A DNA stretch of 64,000 nt from Plasmodiophora brassicae (lineage: Eukaryota), in contig CP145424.1 of assembly GCA_036867785.1 (NCBI GenBank), positions 62,001 to 126,000 on the forward strand. Reading direction: 5' to 3'. Position 1 is the stretch's first letter. Every line of letters begins with the position of its first letter. Position numbers and translations under genes: made by a program. This document shows, one piece after another, positions 1 through 11,661 of this stretch. The notes under the pieces are model-generated. The model was not told the origin of the DNA, ran no database searches, and saw nothing but the letters and a program-made list of their open reading frames with translations.

Positions 1-3000
1 TTCCGGGCGACGCGGCGCATCATGTCCCGCCAGGACCGGTCGGCGTCGGCGAACCGTCGCGCCTCGTTCGGCAGCTGTTTGAGGATGTCGGGCGACGTGA
101 AGATGGGCTCGAGCTCCGTCCACGTGGTCTGGCACGTCGCCCAGCTGTCCAGGACGTTGCCGACCAGGGTCAGCCGGCGGACCCAGTCGTCGACCTCGTC
201 CTTGAAGTTCGCCACGAACCGCGACGACTGCATCGTCTGCAACGTCAGCTGGCTGTCCTCGAGGTTGGCGATCAGGCCGTCGAGCTGTACGAGCACGAAC
301 GCGTCGTTGCTGTCCCGGTAGGGCGCCAGCGACAGGTCCAGGGCCTCCCATGTGGAGCGCGTGCTGGCCAGCGCCGTCGAGATGGCGTGCTCGCCGACGG
401 CCGTGGCGACCGTGTCGGCGATGAGGTCCTTGTGCCCAAGCAGGTTGATGGCGCGGATCTTGACCAGGTCCAGCGGGTCGCCCTGGACGAACACGTGGCC
501 GACGTAGGCGAACATGGCCTCCCAGTGCTTGGTGCGCATGGATTTGTTGCCGAGGTCCAGGATCACGGGCATCGTCGCCTTCCATTCGTCGATCTGCGCG
601 CGCACCAGCGACGTCAGGGGCGACGGGTCCTTCTTGGCGACCCGGGCAATGTCGCGAGCGAATCGGTTGACGCTGTTGTTCATGGCCTCAACGTCGAGCG
701 TCAGGAACGGCGCCGTTTCCCATTGGGCCACGCTCGCCAGCCAGTCCCGGTACAGGGTCCAGAACTCGCGCCGCGTCTCGAACTTGGCCTTCGCGTCGGC
801 CAGCGAGGCGAACGGGTACAGGTCGATGTCGAACGTCGCCTGGAACGTGTTTAGCGTCGACGCCTGCTCCGCTAACGCGTTCAGCGCCGTCCCGATACGG
901 TCGACTTCGACGAGGACGTCGCCGGGGCCGGCCTGCACGTCCGTGAAGATGCCTTGCGACAGGGCGGCATCCACCAGGGTGACCTCGCTGTTCAGCTTCG
1001 AGATGCCCGAGTCGACCTGCTCCCGCATGGCCGGCATCCGCATCGCCGACCTGTCCATCTCGACGATGATGCGCTCGGCGAACGTCTTCTTCGCCGACCG
1101 CAGCTCGTCGAGCAGGACGGCGTCCTGCGACGGCAGCGCCAGCTTGTGCACCGAGTTCGTCAGCAGGTCGTACATCAGCTCGACCTGGTCGTTCAGCTTC
1201 AGCATGTTGGCCATGTCCTGCTTGAACTTCTTCTGGATGGCGATGTGCTCGGCGAACGCCTTCAGCGTCGTCGGCTCGACGCCGAGCGCCGCCGTCCTCG
1301 ACGTGAACAGCCGCAGGACGCTGTCGCACTTGTCGTGGAACGACTCGAGCAGCAGCTCCTCCATCTCCACGATCGCCTTGTCGACGAGCGGCAGCATCTG
1401 GTTCTTCAGCTTGCGCGACTCGATGTGGAAGATGCCGACCGGGTACCCGGGGCGCATGTTCCGGTCGATGTCGGTGTGCCACGCCGTCTGCTTCGACATG
1501 CAGGCCTGGATCTCCTCGACGGACGGCTGCTGCGCCCGGAACCTGGCAATGTCCCAGCGCTCGCCGAAGTCGAACACCTCGCGCCACTGCTCGAACACCT
1601 GCGCGATCTGCGTCGCCGACTCGAAATCGCGACGAACGCGCTGCTCGATCGCCGCGCACGTCTCGCTGAACAGGGCGCTGTCGCGTATCGTCCCGGCGAC
1701 GTTCGGTTCGGCAGCGCCGGCGACCATGCCCTTGAAGGTCGGCATCTGCAGCAGCCGAGGCACGGATTCCACCGTCGATATCGTGCCGTCGATCGTCTTG
1801 CTGACGATCGACACGACGTCGGCGTCGTTGAGGCCGAACGCCAGGGCGCCATCGGATCCGTACGAGACGGTCGTCTGGAACAGGCCGGTTTTGCGCGGCG
1901 CCTGGAGCACCTCCAGGAACTCGCTGTTGGTCGACAGCGTCAGCTGGACGAGGTTCTCGACGGCCATGTAGTCGATCAGGCGCACGAACGTGCCGAGCAT
2001 GTCGGCCTCGTGGGTCGCCCAGCGCATGTGCTTCAGGCGGGCGGCGCGCTCTTCCTTCATCTTGACCAGCGACACGTTCTTCTGCTGCGCCGGGAACATG
2101 ACCGTCAGCATGTTCTTCGCGTCGCCGCCGACAATGCCCTCGGTGCTGGCGCGGGCCCGCTCCTTCACGTCGGCGCAGACGCGCCCGACCAGCGCCTGCA
2201 GCTTCTCGAGTATCTCCTCGAACTTCTTGGCCGCCCGGCCGCGCTGCTCGACCTGGTCCTTGACGAACTCCTTGGCCAGGTACGTTTGCGACTTGACGTT
2301 CAGCAGGCGGATCGCCTGCAGCTCGTAGATGAGCTTGTTGATCTCCATGAGCGACGGGCAGAACGACTTCTTCGCCAGGAACAGGCTGGCGGTCAGCGCG
2401 GCGCGCTGCTTCCTGTACAGGTTGTACCGAACGTTCGTGCGCCACAGGCGGAACGCCTTCGCCGGGATGTAGTGCTTGAAGAACCGGATCGTCGTCAGCA
2501 CGTTGAAGTTCGTGCTCTCGCGGATCCAGTCGACCAGCGGCATGAACGTGGTCGGCTGGCCGGGCGCGATGTGGACCACGCCGGACGCCGAGATCGTGAA
2601 GTACTCGGCGGCGGCCTGCTTCCGCGGGACGACGTCCAGGTCGTACGGTCGGAACTGGTCGCCCGCATCGCGACGATTGCAGTAGACGAACTTGATGTGC
2701 GACGTGTTGCCGTGCAGGGCGAAGAAGGCGACGGCGTCCTCGCCGGTTCGCAGCGACGCCGCCGACACTTTGGCGCGTTGCAGCGCGGTGAAGGCGTTGT
2801 CTTCGCGTTCCTGCTCGCCGGACAGGAACACCTGACGCAGGACGGGCAGGTGCAGCGGCACAGAACGACGAGACGCGGCGGCGGCCGGCGCCGCTTTCGA
2901 CTGCTCGTTCCCGAACGTCGACGGTAGGTGAAGGACGTCGTCGGCGACGGCATCGGACGCAGCGTTCAGGTTGTCGGATTCCGCATTCAGCTCAAGATGG

Positions 3001-3323
3001 TCCGGGCGACGCTTCGCCGTCCTGGAATTTCGCTGGTGGGTCGCCCTCGACGAGGGCACCTTCCTGTCAAGCCCTTTGATCTGGACGTCGGGCAGGTCGA
3101 ACTGCATGGCGTCGGCGACGACGTCATCCTTGGGGATCGGCGACGCCGGGTCCAGTGATCGCTTGTTGGGGGACAGCCGGTGCCGCTTGGACGGCGACGT
3201 CGCCGGCGATGCGTGCCGCTTGGCGTCCATGACCGACGACCGACTATTATGTGGAGCGTGCAGGTCAGTCACAGGGTTCGACGCCCCATGCTCTGACGCT
3301 AGCGCTGGGTCGCCAACAGGCAT
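1..3323 (-). CDS. Axonemal dynein heavy chain, N-terminal part (DNAH6-like inner arm); continues beyond the window's left edge
   Basis: Open frame from ATG at 3323 (MPVGDPAL...) to the window edge. Contains QFRPYDLDVV...EYFTISASGVVH (DNAH6-type N-terminus) and DHC_N2-type sequence MRTKHWEAM...LEDSQLTLQTMQSSRF...WATCQTTWTELEPIFTSPDILKQLPNEARRF. Confidence 0.9.
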   Translation of the reverse strand, partial: MPVGDPALASEHGASNPVTDLHAPHNSRSSVMDAKRHASPATSPSKRHRLSPNKRSLDPASPIPKDDVVADAMQFDLPDVQIKGLDRKVPSSRATHQRNSRTAKRRPDHLELNAESDNLNAASDAVADDVLHLPSTFGNEQSKAAPAAAASRRSVPLHLPVLRQVFLSGEQEREDNAFTALQRAKVSAASLRTGEDAVAFFALHGNTSHIKFVYCNRRDAGDQFRPYDLDVVPRKQAAAEYFTISASGVVHIAPGQPTTFMPLVDWIRESTNFNVLTTIRFFKHYIPAKAFRLWRTNVRYNLYRKQRAALTASLFLAKKSFCPSLMEINKLIYELQAIRLLNVKSQTYLAKEFVKDQVEQRGRAAKKFEEILEKLQALVGRVCADVKERARASTEGIVGGDAKNMLTVMFPAQQKNVSLVKMKEERAARLKHMRWATHEADMLGTFVRLIDYMAVENLVQLTLSTNSEFLEVLQAPRKTGLFQTTVSYGSDGALAFGLNDADVVSIVSKTIDGTISTVESVPRLLQMPTFKGMVAGAAEPNVAGTIRDSALFSETCAAIEQRVRRDFESATQIAQVFEQWREVFDFGERWDIARFRAQQPSVEEIQACMSKQTAWHTDIDRNMRPGYPVGIFHIESRKLKNQMLPLVDKAIVEMEELLLESFHDKCDSVLRLFTSRTAALGVEPTTLKAFAEHIAIQKKFKQDMANMLKLNDQVELMYDLLTNSVHKLALPSQDAVLLDELRSAKKTFAERIIVEMDRSAMRMPAMREQVDSGISKLNSEVTLVDAALSQGIFTDVQAGPGDVLVEVDRIGTALNALAEQASTLNTFQATFDIDLYPFASLADAKAKFETRREFWTLYRDWLASVAQWETAPFLTLDVEAMNNSVNRFARDIARVAKKDPSPLTSLVRAQIDEWKATMPVILDLGNKSMRTKHWEAMFAYVGHVFVQGDPLDLVKIRAINLLGHKDLIADTVATAVGEHAISTALASTRSTWEALDLSLAPYRDSNDAFVLVQLDGLIANLEDSQLTLQTMQSSRFVANFKDEVDDWVRRLTLVGNVLDSWATCQTTWTELEPIFTSPDILKQLPNEARRFADADRSWRDMMRRVAR

Positions 3324-3684
3324 GGCGGTGACGGGGCCACCCTATCGCTGCAGGGCGCATATACGGACAGCGCGGTCGGAGAGGCTCCGACGTGACCATG
3401 GAGCGCCGACTCCGGACTTGCTGGGGCCGTTCCGGGGGGGGGCGGACACGGCCCGGCGGCTCTACCGGGCCGCGTGCACGCCAGCCCGGACAGGCGCACA
3501 AAGAAAGAGTTGCGTTGCGTGACTGCGCGTTCGGCCACGGGCAATCGCGGCTCGTGCGCGCCGACGTCACCAGTCGCGGGAAAGGACGTCGTCCGTCCGT
3601 CCGTCTGTCCGTCCCGGGTGCTGCACTGGCCATTTTGCAAACGTGACTGCCGCCGCTGCGACGGTAGTGGTCGCCACGTCGGGG

Positions 3685-6600
3685 ATGGACGCGCGCGTGC
3701 GGCGCTGGATGGCGGCGTCCGGGGCGCCGATCGGGCACACGACGCCGGCGCAGCGCGACGCGATGCCCGAGGACGACCTGCACCGGCGCAACGTCGAGAT
3801 TGCCGCGCGCCAACAGCAGCTGGACGAGGTCATGCTCGACGACGACGCCGATTTCGACGCCATCGACGACGAGATGGACGACCTGCTGGCCGAGTCCGAT
3901 GAGATCGAGGCGCTCCTCGAGGATCGCTTCCGCGTGGTCGGCGGCGGGCGCCTCTGGCTGCAGCCCGCCATCGCCGAGGCGTCGGCCATCGCCCGACAAC
4001 TGGCGCCGCCGCCACCCGACGCCCTGGTCCGTCCTGCAACCTTTCGCTGCGGTGGTATCGATTCGTCTGACACCTGTTGTTGTTCACGTTCTAGGCAGGC
4101 AGCAGGGCGTCCGTGGCGACAACGTGGGCGGCTCGCCTCGAGGAGGCTCTGGCGGCTCGATCGGCACCGGCAGTGTATGCATCCGGCGTGCTGAAAGGCG
4201 CCCACGACGAGTTCGAACGACGTGAACGGGAGGGGGAGGAACGCGCGCGGAAGCGCCCGCGGAAGGCAAAGGCCCAGGCGCGTGCGCCGCCCGCCGCCTC
4301 GTACACGTGGCGCGTCGGCGCGATCTGGGTGCGCCTGCCCGATCGCGTGACGCCCGGCCCGGTCCGGGTCGACTTTGGCAGCGCCGTCGTCGTCCTGGAG
4401 CAGGACGGCGACACGCGGTCGCTGAACGCGCCCGATGCCGACCGTGGGTGGGGCGTCCACACGCCGTTCGGCGCGATTCACGTCCTGTGCCGCGAGCGGG
4501 TCGCCCGCGTCGACACGGAAGTGTTCGCGTCGTCCGACAACGACGACGCGTCGTCGTCGTCGCTGCTCCGCGTCCAGCTGGCGTTCCACCCGCGCGTCTT
4601 CACGCAGCGGTCGTCGCGGCCCGTCCTGCGCCTGGCCATCCACAACGCGCTGGCCGCCTGCGACGCCATCGACCCGTTCGACGTGCACGATCGCGTCGCG
4701 GACGACGACGACGACCACATCGCGATGACGATCGCCGGCCTGTACGGCGCCCTGCAGCCGTCGTCGTCGGCGCCGGTCTACCCGTCGGCGCTGTTGCCGT
4801 CGACGGTGACGGCGATCCCGTCGCGGTACCAGTTGCAGGCCGTCGCCTGGATGGTCGATCGCGAAGGGCGCGCCGTCGACGTCGACGACCCGTGCTGCGC
4901 CCGGTTCAACGTCGCGTCGCCGGACGGCCTGCACGACAGCGTCTGGTTCGACCGGGTCACGGGGCGCTTCGCCGTCGACCCACCCGCCCGCGTTCGCGCG
5001 CCCTGCGGCGGCATCCTCGCCGACGAGATGGGCCTGGGGAAATCGCTCGAAACGCTGCTGCTGATCAGCGCGCGGCGTCGCGATCCCGGCGAATGCGGCC
5101 GGGTGCTGCTGTCGCCCTGGGACGGCCGGCCCGTCACGACGTGCGCCACGACGCTGATCGTCGCGCCGAGGAGCCTGCTCGCCCAGTGGCGCTGCGAGCT
5201 CGAACGTCACTGCCCGCACCTGTCGTCGCTGACGTATCTGTCGTCGTCGTCGTCGGTCACCGCCAAGGACATGTCGTCCGTCGACGTCGTCCTGACGTCG
5301 TTCGACGTCCTGCGACAGGAGGTGCACTACTCCAAGGCGGTCCCGTACGGGTTGCGCGGCGAGAAGGTGCACCGCATCCCGACGACGCCGCTCCTGGAGT
5401 TGCAATTCCACCGCCTGGTCTGCGACGAGGCGCAGCAGGTCGACAACACGGTGACGGGCGCGGCGCAGATGGCGCTGCGCATCGAGGCGCGCGCGCGCTG
5501 GTGCGTCACCGGCACGCCGCTCGGCCGGCACGGCCTGGACGACTTCAGGGCGCTGTTCACCATGATCGCGTACGACCCGTTCCAGGCGGCCGGCGCCTTC
5601 TCGACGCTGCTGCTGGCGCCCTGGTACGCTGGCGACCCGCGGCCGATGCTCGCGGCGGTCGGCGCCGTCTTCTGGAGGAACTCGAAGGCGTCGGTCGCGC
5701 GCGAATTGCACCTGCCGCCGCTGACCACAACGGACGTGCGCCTGTCGTTCAACACGGTCGAGGCGGAATGCTACCGTCGCCTACGCGCCGAGACGCGAAC
5801 CCTCGTGATGGACGACGATCGGCGAGGGGCGCTCCCGTACGGCAACAAGGACGAAGACGTGTTCCTGCATCGGCGCCTGGAGCAGTTGCGGCAGGCCTGT
5901 TGCCATCCGCAGGTACGGCGCGAGCACACCGTGTACGTCCACGCCGCCTGCTGAACGGTGGCGTTTGGGTCGTGTGGCGCAGGTTCAGAACGGGCACAGC
6001 GGATTCGACACGTGCCGCGGCCACAGGATGATGTCGATGGATCAGATCAGCGAGACGCTCTGCCGCGCCGCCCAGGACGACGTGTCCGGCGCCGAGCGCG
6101 ACCTGTGCCGCGCGCTGAACCGCCTCGGCGCGCTCCACATTGCTGCTGGGGATGACCGGCGCGCCTGGTCGGCGCTGGCGCAGGCCTGGCGCATCGCCGA
6201 GAGCGGCTACGAGCACGCGACGTCGTCGTCCGAGTTCGCGCTCGTCCCGACGGAATCGATCGTGACGGCCAACAGCCAGCACCGCGCCTGGCAGCAGGTG
6301 CTGATCGTGACGCTGACCCTGCTGGACGGCGTCGCCACGCGCCTGCTCGCGTCCGACGAGGCGGCCGCCGACGATCCGGACCTGGTGTCCAGCGCCGACC
6401 TGGTCGCCAGGCAGCGCAAGACGACGCTGGACGAGCACCTGGTCGTCCTGCTCGAACGGGTGCGCGACATCCGCGACCTGATTGGCGACTACGTCGGCAG
6501 CGTCCTGGACCTGCACATGCCAGCGTGCGGGGCGGACGCGCGCCGCCTGGCCGAGCGAATCCGGCGGGAGGCGCCAGCGCTCTCGCCCGACCTACTGGAC

Positions 6601-8220
6601 GCGGCGGTGACCCTTCAGGTAGGCTCGGGGCGGCGGCTCTCTGGAATCGGAACGTTAATCGCCATGACGATGTGTGTACAGGGCCGCCTGGCCGCAGAGC
6701 GGAACGCGATCGACGTTCGCCTGCGAGCGCAGCGCCTGCACGACGTGAACGAGCTGATCGGCCTGTGCGAAGGTCCCGCCGGGCGCCTGAAGCAGCGCTG
6801 CCTGGCCGAGCTGTGCGGCCCATCGGTCGTCGGCACGTCGTCGCGTCTGTCGTTCCGCTCGCTGCTGGTCAGGGAGCGGGCGTCGCTGCTCAAGTCTCTG
6901 GGCGACAACGCCGACCCGGTGGCGACCCGGGACGACTGCCTGGCGCTGACGGCGCAGCGCGTCCAGGTCGACAGCGGCCTGCTGATCACGAAGATCGCGC
7001 GCGAGGTCGAGAAGCAGCGCGGGCGCCTCGACGAGGCCGAACGGGCCCTGGACGACGAGCGACGGTGCATCGCCGGCTGGTGCGCCATCCCCGACACGTC
7101 GGCCGAGGCGGACCGGTCGCGGCTCCTGGCCCAGGTGATGTGATCCCGTTGCGCAACGGAGCGTCGTCTTCTCGGCTGACACCACCCTCGGCTTCTGCAG
7201 GTGTCCAACCTGCGGGTGACGTGCCAGCGCGCCCTGTCGCACGTGCGGTACCTGAGGTACCGGTTCAGCGCGGGCGGCCACGAGACGACGTGCGCCATCT
7301 GCCTGGCCGTCGCCGACCAGCCCGTCATCACCGTCTGCTTCCACCTGTTCTGCCGCAACTGCATCGTCAACATCCTCGACAGGAAGGGCAACGGCAAGTG
7401 CCCGTCGTGTCGCCATGCCCTGTCGACGACCACGATGTACGTCGCGTGTTCCCCGCTGTGGCAGCACAGTGACGCGATACGCGTGCGCCCAGGTACACGG
7501 TCGTGTCGCATGCCGACGATCGTCAGAGCGGGGCGGCGGCGGCACCGTCGCCGTCGGAAGCGGCGATGCTGTCGCAGGAGATGGTCGGTGCCCAGCAGTT
7601 CTCGACGAAGATCGGCGCCGTCGTCCGGTCCATCCTGTGGGCGTGCCGGCAATCGCCGGGCGCCAAGGTCCTCGTGTTCTCCCAGTTCAGGCCGATCCTG
7701 TCGATCGTCAGCCGGGCGCTGGCGGCGAACGGCGTCGAGCACCGGCACCTGGATGGGAACCTGCGGGAGCGGGCGTCCGCCCTGGAGCTGTTCCAGGACC
7801 CGGGCAGCCGCGTGCGCGCCCTGCTCATGTCGTTGCGCCACGACGCCAGCGGCCTGACGCTGCATGCCGCCCAGTACGTCGTGCTGGTGGAACCGTCGCT
7901 GAACCCGGCCATCGAGGACCAGGCCATCAGTCGCGTGCACCGGCGGGGCCAGACGCGCAGTACGTTCGTGTACAGGTACGCGGCACCTGCATCCCGCCTG
8001 GTCCTGCCGTCTGTGCCCACCACCCCCTCGCCTGTGCAGGTTCCTGGTCGACCGGTCGATCGAGGAGAAGATTATCGAGATCCAGCGTCATCGACGGGAG
8101 CTGATGCGGCGGCAGCAGGATGAGGGTGACGGCGCACCGGACAGTGTTCCCGCGCGAGTCGCCATGCGCGAGCACGTGTCCATGCCCGAGCTGCTGCGGT
8201 GCCTCGACGACGACACGTAG
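3685..8220 (+). CDS. SNF2-family helicase / RING E3 ligase (SHPRH/IRC20-like), spliced
   Basis: Motifs GGILADEMGLGKS, DEAQ and RWCVTGTP; RING finger CAIC...CFHLFCRNC...CPSC; helicase-C motif GLTLHAAQYVVLVEPSLNPAIEDQAISRVHRRGQ. GT-AG introns near 4027-4094, 5913-5982, 6619-6681, 7135-7200, 7437-7492 and 7976-8039. Stop TAG at 8220. Assignment of the first exon is less certain. Confidence 0.85.
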
Positions 8221-8343
8221 GGCGCTGGATGCGCTCGTCCGACCCTTCCCCCGAATCGCTATCTATTATTGTACGTTCCCCACACGCCGATGATGACGCA
8301 TTACTGCTGGAATGTATTGGGAGGGCGTGCGCCAGGCACAGGA

Positions 8344-8808
8344 TTAAATGATGCCGATACGGTTGGCAACGTCCAGTGCGTCGACGTCGGCGGTCAGGCG
8401 CACGTACGCCTTCTTCTGCCCGTCGGGGCGGATCAGCGTGTTGACCTTCTGGACGCTGACGTCGTACATGCCCTTGACGCTGTCGCTGATCTTGACCTTA
8501 TTGGCGCGGATGTCCACGATGAACGTCAGCGTGTTGGACTCCTCGATCTTCTTCATGGCGCTTTCCGTCGTCAGCGGGAACTTGATGACGGCGTACTTGT
8601 CCATCTTGTCGCGGGACGGCGCCGATTTGCGCGCGTACCGCGGCGCCCTCGGCAGACGGAGCGTCTTCGGGCGGCGGAACGTCGTGTTGGTTCGCACCTT
8701 CACGACATTCTTCGTGTAGCTGCCCTTCTTAACGGCCTTGGCCGACTCCTTGGCCTTGGCCGCGCCCGATGACGGCTTCGAGGCCACCTTCGACGACGCC
8801 TTCTTCAT
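8344..8808 (-). CDS. RPL23A: 60S ribosomal protein L23a (uL23), intronless
   Basis: [39 protein letters not shown] and [17 protein letters not shown]...[12 protein letters not shown]. Confidence 0.98.
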   Translation of the reverse strand: MKKASSKVASKPSSGAAKAKESAKAVKKGSYTKNVVKVRTNTTFRRPKTLRLPRAPRYARKSAPSRDKMDKYAVIKFPLTTESAMKKIEESNTLTFIVDIRANKVKISDSVKGMYDVSVQKVNTLIRPDGQKKAYVRLTADVDALDVANRIGII

Positions 8809-8921
8809 CGTGTAAGCGATCTGACCGCTACGGACTCCGTCACGGACTTAATCACAGCGATCTATGGCGCCCGCCCTAATAACGGCACACCGCGGGCCGT
8901 GCCTGCGAACTCGGGAACAGC

Positions 8922-9685
8922 GAGGTTTGGTACGCGCAGGCATCCAGTGGGATGCGCGACCTGCGGGTGGTGGTGGAGTTCCCGTCAGCAAACGTCGCGA
9001 TCTCGTGCTCCAGACACGATCTGTAGTCTGGTCGAAGCCGCATCATCTAGCATTCTCGTGCCCAGTGCGACGTCCTGTCTCCTCATAGACTGCATCCGCT
9101 GTCGGATCTGGGCCGTTTGGGCATTGCATCGAGAGCCAAACCAAGGGTGATGACGCTGATTCGAAGGATGTCATCGAGGCTGGGCGTCGTACGACCAGCT
9201 GTGCCGCCAGGGTCACCCGCCTGAACGGCCGTCTGGCTGCCGTACGTCCTGCGCAGCCGATCATGGCACTGTGATGCACCCCGAGCCGTGGAGCTGGACA
9301 TGAAGTTTGGATGTCAACTACAGGACGAGCAGGACCGCCAGATTGATTCTCCACCCACACGACGCCACTGAGTCAAGCGACAATGCTGTCATCGACGATA
9401 AAGAGCTCGCACGTCTGCATCAAGAGGCGGCAGACCAGCGTGCACGTGCCGTCACCGATGACGACCGCGCCGCAAGGCGCCTCCCAGACGAAGAGGACCG
9501 TCGTCTGCATGCGGAATTGCCAGAACCAGGATAGGGACCTATGGACACAGCAGGCGCGCCTCCTCATCACGATATCGGCGCCGATCGATGCCGAGCTGGC
9601 GCGTTCGCTCGACCGCATGTTGTCACCTGCTCGACTACTAATACAACCAGGAGTCTCCGTCAGGCTTACTAGAATTTTCGGGTGA
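8922..9685 (+). pseudogene. Frameshifted paralog of the secreted MIU-motif protein family (relative of 9909-10988 and 30982-31938)
   Basis: Frame from 9122 reads HCIESQTKGDDADSKDVIEA (compare NCIESQT...DWKTVI and ECIETEIKG...NWKVV). A different frame at 9261 reads SWHCDA (compare SWHCDP, TWHCDS). C-terminal pieces DDKELARLHQE, DDRAARRLPDEE and DAELARSLD follow, separated by stops and frameshifts. Confidence 0.75.
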
Positions 9686-9908
9686 GACGATGACGCTATG
9701 CTCGCCGTGGGCACGCCCAATCTCAAACAGTAATCGATTCGCTCCGCTTGGCATCGCGTGATTTCAACAATGAAACGGACAAGACGGGCCCTGCAACCGC
9801 GCCCCGTGTCAGCCACGACATACAACTTCATACCAGCGTTGGGTAGCGCCATAGCTGATCGAATGTTGAGGATCCATATAGTACGTATAAGTCGGACAGA
9901 GTCGCCAG

Positions 9909-10988
9909 TTATGGGAGAGCACCGCTCTGGGTACCCCATTCCTCCTGCTGTAGCTGGCGAGCGTAGAGCTCATCGTCCCTTGCCGCTTCGTTGTGGTATT
10001 CCTGCTGCAACACGCGGGCCAAGCCCGCATCGTTCGCCGTCGCGTCGTTCTGAGCTTCTTGCTGTGCTTGGAGGGCCTCCGGATACAGGTGAAACGCGTT
10101 TTCCTCGCCATCATCCTGCACTGTCGTTGCTGGCCAGGTAGGCTCTAACGAAACAGGCTGCCCCGCCAGCTCCCCGGCCGCCTCTATGGCACACACCTGC
10201 TGCAGCAACTGATCCAACAATTCACCGTCGATAACAATACTGCAGCCATGCATCATCGACGTCTGAGCACGTGGTTCACGTCGCGGCGCTGGTCCGGAGG
10301 ACCGCATGAGCCAGTCTTGATCACCTCGGGCAGGTAGACGCCGGGCGCCGGCTGCCAACCCCAGCGTATCGTCGACGATATCAGAACCGGAGCTTGCATA
10401 GGACGCCAGTGAAATCGTCGCATCGTCTTCATCGTCTGTGGCTGCGTTGGAGCTTGCGGCACTTGCTTCCGACTGGTCTGATTCTTCAGCCTGGGTGGAG
10501 TGGTGGCGCCACCAGAATCTGTCCATCGTGACATCGTCGCTGTCATCTTCCTTCGGGCGCCGGTGACCCATCGCAGGAGCAAGGCTCGCTAATTGTTCAT
10601 CCTCTGAAGCGTATTTCCTCCCTTTGTCGTCGGCGACGGCATTGGACGCTATTGCGCTTGCGTCCGATGTGCCCGGTTGGTCTGGATCGCAATGCCAGGA
10701 TCGTTTGCCCCGGAGCGCGGGGCTCAGACGAGGTTTCAAATGAGGGATCCGGACTTCATCGATTGATCTCGTTAGACAGGACACGATAACCGTCTTCCAG
10801 TCAGTGGAGCTTCCGGCCGACGTGGACGTTTGGCTCTCAATGCAATTGATGACGCTCTCGCGTAAACCGGAAGACAAGCTGGCGGGGATATGTAGGCCTG
10901 CAATGATGTCATCCACGTCCAACATCACCGTTGGCGACACACCAGCATACGCGGCAACCGCCATCAGGAACCCGATCGTCCAGATCAT
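9909..10988 (-). CDS. Secreted effector-like protein, copy A: signal peptide, Cys/Trp N-domain, acidic linker, C-terminal MIU-like helices
   Basis: Intronless 359-aa ORF with signal-like start MIWTIGFLMAVAAYAG. N- and C-terminal blocks align with the ORF at 30982-31938. Ends NDAGLARVLQQEY...DDELYARQLQQEEW. Confidence 0.8.
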   Translation of the reverse strand: MIWTIGFLMAVAAYAGVSPTVMLDVDDIIAGLHIPASLSSGLRESVINCIESQTSTSAGSSTDWKTVIVSCLTRSIDEVRIPHLKPRLSPALRGKRSWHCDPDQPGTSDASAIASNAVADDKGRKYASEDEQLASLAPAMGHRRPKEDDSDDVTMDRFWWRHHSTQAEESDQSEASAASSNAATDDEDDATISLASYASSGSDIVDDTLGLAAGARRLPARGDQDWLMRSSGPAPRREPRAQTSMMHGCSIVIDGELLDQLLQQVCAIEAAGELAGQPVSLEPTWPATTVQDDGEENAFHLYPEALQAQQEAQNDATANDAGLARVLQQEYHNEAARDDELYARQLQQEEWGTQSGALP

Positions 10989-11661
10989 TTTACGCTGCGT
11001 TGAAGAAACGCAACTGACCGTGGGAGGTCCGCGATGACCCGATAGGAGGCCACAGACTCCCAGTGGGCTCGGGAAACTGCGTCAGTGGCTTCCCTGCCGA
11101 CAACGCGGATCCAACGGAAGTTAGTGCGTTCGTGAAAAGGGTCGACAGCATCGTTACAGTGTACTTCCCAGACAGCGTCATCCAACAGAAACAAACTGGG
11201 CGTAGCGTTAGCGGCTGCATGGCACCCCAAGCGCGCAGGAAGCGGCCCTAAGCATTAGCTGTTGGCATTGGAGAGCCAATTCTATTGCAAAGAATGTAGG
11301 GGCAGGGGCATCTCTGTTCACACGCTCGACAGTTGCACCGGTGCTGGGCGTGTCGAGGGAGCAGCATCTGCAAGCACAACAAGTATAAATACGACTGTGG
11401 GGGCAAGAGCCTTTGCCTACACCGACGTCGAAAATGCCAATACCGATTGTGTCTAGCAGCCGAACGCCTCGTGTCCTGAGTTTGTTGGCCACAGGCGGCA
11501 TCGTCGCACCTGAATGCCTGTCTGCACAGGCAGACAGGGCGGCGGCTTGGCTGTGGCCCCCGAACCGTCGTCACAGAGCCGGGGTGCCCCAGTGCTGCCG
11601 GCGCTATTATTGTCAGCACCGCCACTGCGCAATTGCGCCGGGCCCCTGACGCAGTCCATCC

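Noticed and set aside
514-2927. Long plus-strand ORFs (485 and 657 aa) and similar long ORFs opposite other genes, e.g. 3567-5711, 40090-41172 and 41244-42815
   Set aside because: Antisense or off-frame shadows of real genes caused by high GC3; they carry no motifs, while the opposite strand has clear family signatures.
3577-3584. E2F-like sites (GCGGGAAA here and at about 34149; TTTCGCGC at 58441)
   Set aside because: Such 8-mers are expected by chance in GC-rich DNA and there is no independent support.
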